Source: Octopus sinensis
Lineage: Eukaryota
Direction of reading: 5' to 3'
NCBI RefSeq assembly: GCF_006345805.1
Contig: NW_021823662.1
Location: forward strand, 1 to 21,858
DNA: 21,858 nt
The notes beneath the pieces are model-generated. The model ran no database searches, was not told the DNA's origin, and was given only the letters and a program-made list of their open reading frames with translations. Below are positions 1-9,712 of this stretch, in pieces; position 1 is the stretch's first letter; every line of letters begins with the position of its first letter. The position numbers were made by a program, and so were the translations under genes.

Positions 1-297
1 TAGACACAAAAGTGGCATTACAATCCTCGAATGGACAACTTTAAATTTTAAAAATGCTAATAAACTTTAATTTTGTAATTTCTTGTGGTTTGGTGGGATG
101 ACTGATGGATTGATGTCTTAATAATTGTAGTTTGCGTGTATATGCTTCGTTACACCAGTCAATATTGCAGATATATGGTCTCTATTAATTTTTGTTATAA
201 TTAGTATTACTTCGTCTAAATGTGTTCGAATGTGTGCTTCTAATTTGTATGGACGAGTAAATGACTTGTCACATGATTTAAACGTGCAAGGATGCAT
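1..297 (-). CDS. C2H2 zinc-finger protein (TFIIIA-like tandem fingers), 5' part; exons 297-211, 181-66, 38-<1; runs off window start
   Basis: ATG at 297. Removing GT-AG introns 210-182 (29 nt) and 65-39 (27 nt) gives MHPCTFKSCDKSFTRPYKLEAHIRTHLDE|RPYICNIDWCNEAYTRKLQLLRHQSISHPTKPQEITKLN|CPFEDCNATFVS. This contains two complete C-x4-C..H-x3/4-H fingers, an HLDERPY (TGEKPY-like) linker and the start of a third finger. Missed by the ORF track. TFIIIA identity is only a resemblance. Confidence 0.85.
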
Positions 298-725
298 TTT
301 ATTATTGTTTTTTTAAATTATTAATATTTTTAATTTAATAAATAATTTGTTTGTATTACCTATAATATTATAAATGAATAAATTTGGACCGGCTATCGTT
401 TAACCTTTATATTGGGTTGCACACGTAAAGTTTTTCATCCGAGACCACCTTAATCACCCAATTTACCTAAAATACCAAAATACCTTCAATTTTTATCATT
501 TCTGGGTAAAGCTCTCTCTCAACTGCCTCAAACATTTATAAAAATTGATATCAGATCAAGAAATATGTTATTCTTAAGTCCTGAAAACTTACTATAGTCC
601 AAGAGAATGTGAAATCAGTCGATTCAATGAAAACTTAAGTTATTTCAATTTTAATTTTAAATCATGTTAAAATTTTAAATAATTTAATAAATATATTTGT
701 TGATGATAGGCTTGTTAGCTGTCAA

Positions 726-766
726 AGTCGCGTCTAGCGCTCGGTCGCGCGCTGGCGCTCGCGACA
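726..766. mobile_element. Unpaired right-end TIR of a Ginger2/Tdd-like element family
   Basis: AGTCGCGTCTAGCGCTC + GGTCGCGCGCTGGCGCTC + GCGACA, followed by TATTA. Same architecture as the end at 16034-16073. Confidence 0.6.
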
Positions 767-1197
767 TATTATTTCCATTGAATCCCATAAAATAATTTAT
801 AAGTAGACCTTAATAGAAAAGTAAAATCAATGAATACTGAACGCTAATTTGGTTTAGGTTGTGAGGGGGGTAATAATTTGACAGATCTCATTGCTATTTT
901 CGTTTTAATCTCTAAAATTAGGTCTTCTAATCAAAATGAACTGTGCGACAGGCTTGCTCCTTCAGAAGATATTTGTTTTGACATTTTAATAAAATTATGA
1001 AGCATTTAGATTTTTTCTCATTATCTAAAAATATCAATTATAAATTTTAAAATATTATTTTAATTTATGAAATCGGTTTTTAAAGCTCATTCTGCTTTAG
1101 CATCGATTTTAATTTTTGTTATCGAATATATTTAATCCCAAATAATCATGGGTATTTGGGTAATTGTCAATCTATTTTTATTTGTCAATTTATAGAT

Positions 1198-4100
1198 AAT
1201 TCACGTTCACGTGTTGTGCTGTGTGGTGGTTTTTTTCTCCTGCCGTTCTGATAAAGAAGACAAAGAAGAAGATAAAGTAGATAAAGAAGATGAACCCTGA
1301 GAAGATGGTGACCAAGAAACTTGGAAAAAAATAGCAGCTGTGTTAAAGAAACCAAACCATTTACACTTTCCTCCGCGAGACTTCATCATGCGGTGTCTGT
1401 TTTTCTTCTTGCCTGGCAAAAATGGGGTTCGCTGCTCCCTTTGCAATGGCTATTTCCATCTCTACTGCCTCAAAATCAGCAAGAAAGCCGCCTCGGCAAT
1501 CACCAGATGGCTTTGCTCTTCCTGTCTGCTTTCTCCCCACCGTTCTGGGCCTATACTCACTAACCACCAGACCATGCCCACAACGGCCAGTAACTCATTC
1601 GAAAATGTGGACTCCTTCCTCGTCGAATTATCGTGCTTCCGCCGGGCTCTAAAAATCCCTCTCCGTATTCCTAAATCTGCCCGAATACAAACAGCCATGT
1701 GCCTGTCAAATGTTATCAACGATACGCTTCTGTTGAATACTTGGGAAGCATGGACCCGCTTCATCAGCTTTGCCCCTCTGACCCTCGGGACTCAGATTCG
1801 CACTGAAAAAAATCCACAACCTTTCTCCTCACGAATCAAACAGAACATCAGCAAAATCTTCTCTCTACCAAAGACTTCTCCCGCAAACTTTTCCTTCACA
1901 CAACCCACGAAGAATGACAACAAGCACCCTAACCTGGACTACAACTCCGGGCGGAACTTGAGTGAACGTGTCAGTAGCAAGCTGGCTGAAGGCGACATCC
2001 GAGCTGCTATCCGCACTGTCATGAACGACGACACGGTCGTACTTCCAACTCCCGACGTTCTCGACAAACTGAAAACCAAACATCCAGACCCTCCCGTCGA
2101 CTCCGACCCCTTGAACGAACCCAAGAGACATCCCAGTTCTGACTCTGACCAACGAGGAAGTCAAACGATCAATTCAATCTTTCGGGAAAAGCAGCTGTGG
2201 GGGCCTAGACGGACTACGCCCAGGGCACCTTAAAGACCTTATTTCTCAAACGACAGGCGAGGCAGGCCAACTCTACTCACTGCCATCACCACACTTATAA
2301 ACCGGTTGCTGAGCGGGAACATCCCGAATTTTGCCATGAAGCTACTTTTCTCGTCTCATCTACTGGCATTCAGAGAAAAAAGGACGGAGGTATTCGTCCG
2401 ATCGCTGTTGGCAACTTGTTCCGCCGGCTTGCCGCTAAAGCTGCCGCACGACACGCCAGTCTACGCCTCAGCACCGAACTAGCTCCACTTCAACGGGAGT
2501 CGGGATCCCAAACGGCTGTGAAGCTGCCGTACACGCGGCCCGAACTCTCTTTGTTTCAAAGGACGCTCTACTCCATCGTCACGTGGCTGTCAAACTCGAT
2601 CTGCGTAATGCCTTCAACAGCGTCAGGAGGGACCGTATAATGGAGGCATGCGTCGAGAGGGCTCCGGAGATTTCCCAGCTTGTCTTCCTCTCGTACGGGG
2701 AAGACACCTCACTTATCTTTGGGGATAAAGTCATCCGTTCTCGAACAGGAGTCCAACAAGGCGACCCTCTTGGACCATTACTATTCGCCTTAGCAATCGA
2801 CGAGGCTGTACGATCAATCCTCTCACCATTCAATTTATGGTATCTGGACGACGCCACCATTGGCGGCTCAGTTGAATCCATTACCGAGGACCTATCCCGC
2901 CTAATCCCTTCTCTGCGCAACCTTGGACTGAACGTTAACGTGGATAAATCGGAAATCCTAAACCTCAACTACCATGAGGCGGATTTTCCGAATGTCAACA
3001 TGACAATTCAAGGCTTCATCGCTGGTGCACAAACAATCCAACCATCAGAAGCAACCTTCCTCGGATGCCCTTTAAGCCCATCTGGCCTAAAGGCCCATCT
3101 GGCGAAGAAGGACTCTGAATTCCGTAACCTCACGAGCAGTCTATTGGAGTTAGACTCACACATCGCTTTCTTCCTTATGAAAAACAGCATACACATGCCG
3201 AAACTTCTTTACACGCTCCGCTGCCTGCCATGCTACTCGCATCCAGACACTTTGACTCACTTGGAAAAATCACTGAAATCTTGCACGGAGGCAGTCCTGA
3301 ACATCTCTTTTGACGAAATCGGCTGGACTCAAGCGAAACTTCCCGTCAGGTTCGGCGGGATCGGTCTTCGCTCGCCAAAAGATCTGGCTTCACATGCACA
3401 CTTCTCTTCAATTTCCAGAAGCCGGCAACTTGTCCGAGAGGTTCTACTCCCCTTCAACGAACTCTCTCTGGAGCTGCCGACTGCCGACCTTCTGGAATTC
3501 TGGACTGACGCTAAACTACCCCTCCGTCCGACATGTCTGTGCAACGTGAATGGGATGAAATATGGGCCGCCGACTCGTTTTCGAAGATGAAACCAGAGCT
3601 AGACCAACACCGGCTGGCGTGCCTGCTTTCGGCAGCACACGAGCATAGTGGATCTTGGCTCGACGCTTACCCAACGTCATCGACGGGTTCCCTATTGGAC
3701 AAACGAAAACTGCGCATCGGGGTCGCTCTTCGGCTGGGGCTCGATGTCTGCGCCTCTCATCCCTGTCGATGCGGAGGTACGGTGGACGTGAAAGGCCTTC
3801 ACCCCCTCTCCTGCCGCCGGAGCGCAGGCCGCTCGCCTCGCCATGGAGCAATCAACGACGTAATTTCAAGAGCTCTCAACGCTGCTGGCTTCCCCAACGT
3901 GCTTGAACCAGTTGGATTGGACAGAGGGGACGGCAAACGCCCGGACGGGATGACCACCTTCCCATTCCGGAATGGCAATTGCCTGATCTGGGACGCCACG
4001 TGCGCAGACACATGGTCCCCATCCGCTCTACCGTCATCTGCTTCTTCTTCCGGCTCGGTCGCGGCCGTGGCGGAAGCCCGCAAAGTGGAAAAATACAAGA

Positions 4101-4348
4101 ATCTTGCCACTCGGCATTCCTTCGTGCCTGTGGCTCTTGAGACATCAGGCGCTTCCGGTCCGCAGACCTCATGCTTCTTAAAAGACCTCGGTATCCTCAT
4201 CGCTCGGAAGAAGATGGATGCTCGCGAGTCCTCTTGGTTGAGGCAGAGGATTTCACTCGCAATCGTGCGCGGGAACGCGCAAGCAATCCGTTCGGCTGGA
4301 TTAATTTAGTTAACTGACAATTGTTTTGTTCATTTAATTCAATTAATA
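1198..4348 (+). mobile_element. CRE-clade-like non-LTR retrotransposon (RT + restriction-like endonuclease), apparently full length
   Basis: Flanked by the 11-bp direct repeat AATTTATAGAT (1187-1197, 4349-4359). Visibly GC-richer than its flanks. The 3' end has AATAAA overlapping the TSD. Confidence 0.85.
1388..4309 (+). pseudogene. Frameshifted single ORF: PHD finger - RT - CCHC zinc knuckle - RLE nuclease
   Basis: PHD-like CSLCNGYFHLYC..WLCSSC. RT motifs GLDGLRPGHLKD, GIRPIAVGNLFRRLAAK, KLDLRNAFNSV, GVQQGDPLGPLLF, YLDD. CRCG..H..SC knuckle. RLE motifs KRPDG..WDAT..ARKVEKY..VALET. Several frameshifts (about 2150, 2270, 2385, 2500-2540, 3530). Confidence 0.88.
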
Positions 4349-4389
4349 AATTTATAGATTTTTTGATTGATCGGATCTAGAAATTGAGT

Positions 4390-4429
4390 GGTCGCTCGCT
4401 GCGCTCGGTCGCTCGCTGCGCTCGCGACA
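4390..4429. mobile_element. Unpaired right-end TIR of a Ginger2/Tdd-like element family
   Basis: Two identical 17-mers GGTCGCTCGCTGCGCTC (4390-4406, 4407-4423) + GCGACA, followed by TAATA. Confidence 0.65.
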
Positions 4430-4825
4430 TAATAGCACATATAATTACAACTAAATCAATGTACTTCAAAATGAGAATTTTCTTCAAAATCGAGAAATGC
4501 GACAGAAATACAACATGTACGGAAAAATGTCCAGGATATGTTTATATTTAAAGGCTATAGAACTAACTACAAAGAAAGAACAAAAGAATTCCAACTTTTT
4601 TTAGATTTTGAAATTAGGATGCAATTAACTTTAAAAAACTAAAAAAATCAGTTTTTAATTAAAAAAATTAATTTTATTAAAGTTTGGCCAAGTCCCTCAT
4701 AATTTTCGTCAAACTGTGTCTATAAAATAGTGATTTTGCTGGAAATTAATTTTTGGAAATTTATCAATCACATTAATGTTAATGCAAGGGATATTAAAAA
4801 AAATTATACATAACAGAACTGTGAG

Positions 4826-7800
4826 GGTTATGCAACGTGCTACTATCTCGATGTGTGCTCTACCTGGACAACAAGAAACTAACAATATTATTAATAATAA
4901 TATACCTAGAGCAGGATGGACAACCGCATCGGAGAGACAGACGTCCGATGGCAAGAACATCGTCTTTGCCATTGCAGAAGGGATCGAGTGCACGACCCGG
5001 GAGGACTGGGTTAAATCCGCCCTTTCCAAGTGTTGGGAGAGCTTCCAGGATGCCAGAAATGGGTGGCCTACCCTGCTTCAGTGCTTCAATCGACGCTTTA
5101 GCTCGAACCTATCGTTAGATGCACTGAAGAAGCTGGCCAAGACCCCTCCTCCTGGCTCGCGGGGGAGGACTGGCGCTGCGGTTACGCCGTCAGGATGCCC
5201 CCCGTGTTCTGAACAACACGAGCACCAGAGTAGTGAGTTATCGCTACTCTTGCAGGTTAAGGAGATATTTAGTAGGCATATCTCTGCGAATCGTGTTGTC
5301 CCCCTTGCGGACCGCAGAGTGACCCGAAAGATACCTCGGTGGCAACTCAGAAGTGACGTGATGGGTTGCATCAATCGTGCCATAGCTTACGCGATCGTGC
5401 GTGAGCCTCCGGAGACAATGGACGAGATTTCTCTCTATTTGTACTCGGCACAGACAACCTATGATGAAATCACTCAGAGGCCTGCCCCAAAGAGTAGATG
5501 GAGAGAAAAACATTGCCGCAAAAGTAGCCGCAAGGAAAGCCGAGCTGGAAGCGCTGACTGGGCACATTTTGAATGTGAGCAATGGGGTCAAGGCAAGACT
5601 CCCCCCTTGGTGCGTACTTTACTTCGTCGGGAACGAGCTGCCAAATGGGACCTCAACGAGTTGAGGCGTGTCCGGGCAGAGAGGGAGGAGCTGATTCTCG
5701 TTTATCAGAAGAAGCTCTCAACTCATGAGTCTCGGTGTCAGCGCAGGCGGGGAGAACAACCTGTTTGAATTTAATCGCAGGTCGTTCTATCGTCGGTTGC
5801 ACGGAGAGACGAAGGAGGGTACCCAGCAAAAGGCCGAAATGCTTGACACATGGGGGAGTATGTGGAAAGCACGTCCTCGCAAGGTGTGTCGTTTCCGTTT
5901 TGTGGACCCGATGCTCCCTTGATGACCGAGTCTTGTGGTGTCTCTGACATCCGCAAGAAGTTCGATGAAGCAGTAACCCGTCTCTCTGACTGGAAGACAC
6001 CTGGGGTCGATAAGGTGTATAATTTCTTTATTAAAAATTGCAAACCTATCCATGATTGCATGTGTCGAGCAATCGAACAGTTTACACTAGACCCTGGCTC
6101 GATTCCAGAGTGGTTATGTACTGGGGTCACTTATTTGATCCCTAAAGTAGATAACCCTTCCGCTCCGACAGATTATCGTCCGATAACCTGTATGCCCAAC
6201 CTGTACAAGTTGATGACTAAGGTGGTGGCTACTGAGGTCAGAAATTTCGTGGAGGTGAATGGGATTCTGTCCGAGAACCAGTTAGGTACTCGGCGGGATT
6301 GCCAGGGAGCTAAGGAGCAGGCACTGATCAACAAATGCCTCGCGAGAGCCCACGGAAACTCACTAGTGTCAATGTGGGTGGATGTGAAGAAGGCATATGA
6401 CTCGGTTGATCATGCCTACCTCGTTGAGTGTCTGCGAAGGCTTAAGTTGCCAATGTGGTTTATCAAATTTGTTGCAACTGTGATGGACAGGTGGAACGTG
6501 CATCTACATTACAACAAATGCGATATAGGCGAGGTGAAACTAGAGAGGGGCATATTACAGGGCGACAGCATGTCTCCGCTGCTGTTCGTCCTCTGCCTAG
6601 AACCGCTGAGTAGAGTCCTCACTGCCCAATTCGAACAAATGTCGATCGAACATGAAGGAGGGTGTTTTAGCACCAACCATCTCATGTTCATAGACGACAT
6701 TAAAAGCTGTTCGCTCGGTCTTCAGAGATCCTCCACTCAATGGGTAAAGTCCTGAAAGGTTTCATGAAGGCCGTGGGGTTGGAGCTCAACTACGACAAGT
6801 CGGCGACTAACACCCCTGTGTGCGGTGACCTAGTCAAAGTCTTGGAGGAACACCAAGGATATAAGTATCTTGGTGTAGTTGAGAGTCCAGCCTCATTAAT
6901 CACACCCGAAACGAGAAAGTGTGTAGTGGTAGTGGAGGGTGTGCGTAGTAGGGCGGCAATGTTATGTAAAACTCGGCTCAATGCACGGAACTTATTTCAT
7001 GCCTTGAACGAGTATGCCATCTCATTGCTAACTACTACGTTGGCCTGATCGAATTCGAGCCGAGTGAGTACGATGAAATGGACCTTATTGTCCGAAGAGT
7101 ACTCTGAGAGAAACACGTCAACGTGTTGGCAAACAATAAGGGGAGATTATATTTGTTTCGCGGGCAGACAAGACGTGGCCTGAGTAACGTTGCACACTTA
7201 AGTTAGCGGACTCTTACTAAGATGCACGACATCTTGTAGAGTAGGTCAAGTGTAGCCCAAAAGAAGGCTGCCATCCTTGCTGTTAAAAAAGCGCGTGGTA
7301 CACACTTTGGGACCGTAAAAGGCCGCGTATCAGTTAAGTATGGTCTGAATGCTACCCAAGTTAATGTGAAGGAGTTGATCAAACTTCAGAAAGAATCCCT
7401 AATCAAAAAGATCAATGTTAAAGTCTTTCACAAGACTCATTTAAGTAGCCTGGACAATCCGCACATTGATGTATCGTCGTCATCAATGTGGCTGAAATAT
7501 GGGAATAAGTCTCCCCGATCAGAAGGGTTATTCTCATATTTACAGGATAGAAATTTTTTAATGGTCAACGGAAACAGTGTAACCACTGTAAGAGTAAGGC
7601 AATGACCGTTGACCATTTAGCCACGAAGTGCGGGAGTATGCTTTACCATGATTACACATGGAGGCATAACGAGGTGGTGAGGTCCCTCCATCTTTTGCTG
7701 TGCAATAAGTATGGCTTGAGGCGGTCCAGAAAGTTGCGAACCCATCGAGTTCAATCGGTGTGTGAGAACTCGCGGGTGTGCATTAAGGTGGATACCCCCA

Positions 7801-8330
7801 TACGCACCTCGATTGTTGTCCAGCACAACAGACCCGACATTGTGGTCCACGATAAGGTCACCGGGGAGATTGTTATCGTGGAGGTGGGCATCACGTGCCT
7901 AGACCGTTTGCAGATAGTGGAAGTGGAGAAAAGGAGGAAGTATGACCTCCTTGCAAACGAGCTAGGACTGATGCACCAGTGCAAAGTCCATGTCATCCCG
8001 TGTGTGATGACATGGGATGGACTGGTCACCAATACCACAAGCGGTACTTAAGACAGTTGGATGTAGATAAGTCTCTACAGGCTTATATACAGTCAACTGT
8101 TCTTAAGAGGACTCTGGAGAGTGTCTCGTTTGATGCTCGCCGATCCAGCCCTTTCCTGACGTTTAGTCAGCAAGAGGCGCTGGACTGCACCTTCTCGAAG
8201 GTCTACAGTGCCAGAGAAGAGGAGGAAGAAGGGGAGGAGGTGCGTGGAGTGCCACCTTCTGCTCACTTCGAAGGCTCTGGACTTAGTTAGCAAAATTACT
8301 TAGTTAATTAGTTTCTTTTTTTAATAAATG
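4826..8330 (+). mobile_element. R4/Dong-like RLE non-LTR retrotransposon, apparently full length
   Basis: 13-bp direct repeat ACAGAACTGTGAG at 4813-4825 and 8331-8343. GC-rich interior. The 3' end carries AATAAA just before the TSD. Confidence 0.88.
4830..8290 (+). pseudogene. Frameshifted RT-CCHC-RLE ORF of the R4-like element
   Basis: WKTPGVDKVYNFFIK, DYRPITCMPNLYKL, DVKKAYDSVDH, GILQGDSMSPLLF, HLMFIDDIK, GYKYLG. C-x2-C-x8-H-x4-C knuckle (CNHCKSKAMTVDHLATKC, about 7577-7635). RLE motifs HNRPDIV..VEVG..EKRRKY. Multiple frameshifts and stops, especially 6700-7560. Confidence 0.9.
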
Positions 8331-8343
8331 ACAGAACTGTGAG

Positions 8344-8923
8344 AAATTCACAATGGAACACCATCCAGTCAAAAAGCAAAAACCTCTCAGGATCAGGACG
8401 CCATGCGGGATTTAAAATGAAGAAGGTCATTTTACAGAAAACAGTGTATCTTTAGTGATTGACATGTATTTTTAGATTATTGTTGTATTCTCAGAAGAGC
8501 CAAGTTTTTCGGAAAATGAAGGAGTACGTCTTATAACAGATTTTATTGATTAAAAAATTATAATTCAGGATCGCTTTCGACAAAGCAAATATTTTCTGTG
8601 TTTTTGAACGGTCCAAGTACCGTTTGACGCTAAATTTTGAAATGCGCATAAAATCGACTTTCCTTGATAACAACATAAATCAGAAACTCGACGAAACCGA
8701 CTTAATGACGGGAGCATTTGAAAAAGAGTGCTACTTCTATAATAACATTATCGAGAGGAAGAGCGATGGAACTGTTGAATTGGAACCTGATGAAAGTCGT
8801 CTCATCCGGGAAAAGAAAAATGATCCTTTAGATTGCCTAAAAGAAGTTTGGAGACCGGTCAAGGTTGTCCGTGTTGGGGCAAAGAGGGGGATGGTCTATT
8901 GGGCTGGAAATTCGTTTAATTAG
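8344..8923 (+). pseudogene. 3' part of an unknown putative spliced gene interrupted by the R4-like insertion (5' part 4776-4825)
   Basis: Rejoining the empty site keeps one frame from ATG 4776 to TAG 8923. The only stops fall inside two AT-rich GT..AG segments (8446-8475, 8524-8568). No recognisable domain. Confidence 0.4.
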
Positions 8924-9254
8924 TTTAATATCACTTTTAACTTAAGTTAACAATTATTTTTTTCCTATTTTATTTGATGTAATCTTGTGGGTCATTTATT
9001 AGCCATAAATATAGCCTTCTACGAACAGTGAGAATCCTGAACAAAAAAGCAAGAATGACCTTCTTTTTAAAATTTCCCGCCGTCGAGAATAACTAGTTTT
9101 TCCTGTCTTCCTAACTAGTAAAATAAATAAATTGTCATTGTCAAGTTCGAACAACCACGGAAAAGCGATTCCCACACAATATGAATGTAGTACAAGCGCA
9201 ACAAGCGACAACATAAGTCAAAATGGAACCAACGTAGTTATTGTGAATAGAGTT

Positions 9255-9334
9255 AAAAATGTTAGGTTTTTTGAATTTTTAGCAATTATCTTTACTGAGT
9301 AATTAGTGTCAAACTATGTAGGTAACCCTGTCAA
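9255..9334 (+). mobile_element. Truncated 3' subterminal relic of the 14493-16073 Ginger-like family
   Basis: 72/80 identical by manual alignment to 15929-16008 (..TTAGCAATTATCTTTA..GTCAAACTATGTAGGT..). The outer TIR is absent. Confidence 0.8.
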
Positions 9335-9712
9335 CTACTATTAGTAACAGCAAAAAGGAATATATCAAGAAAACTTTGTTTAATTGACTTTTTTTAATTT
9401 TTTCAAGTTACTTATAATTTACGGCATTTGTTCATATTTGTATTATTAGAATTAAAATAATTTTATCGTATTATTTATTTATTTTATTTATTGTATTTTT
9501 TCTAAAATTTTGTAACAGCAAAATGTAATATTTTTTGATTTTTAAAATTTCTGTTGATTCCTGTTGTGTACATGATAAATAAATAATAACTAGGGCAACC
9601 AAAAGTCATATAAGTCATATTATTTTTTATTGGTCATATTGATGTTATTTCTATAATCAATAAACTATTATTAATTTTTTAATAGTTTTATTAATTTTTT
9701 AAGTCTTATAGG

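Noticed and set aside
380-660. Minus-strand GKLGD*GGLG*KTL, a possible retroelement remnant
   Set aside because: Short, stop-riddled and without supporting neighbouring motifs.
1340-8290. Prokaryotic RT systems (group II intron, retron, DGR)
   Set aside because: CCHC plus RLE domains, TSDs and AATAAA 3' ends are those of eukaryotic non-LTR retrotransposons. No intron RNA domain V/VI or TR/VR pair was seen.
1207-8293. Many short overlapping or antisense ORFs in the track (e.g. 2579..2968 -, 3799..4200 -, 5244..5591 -)
   Set aside because: Shadow ORFs of GC-rich retroelement coding sequence with no motifs of their own.
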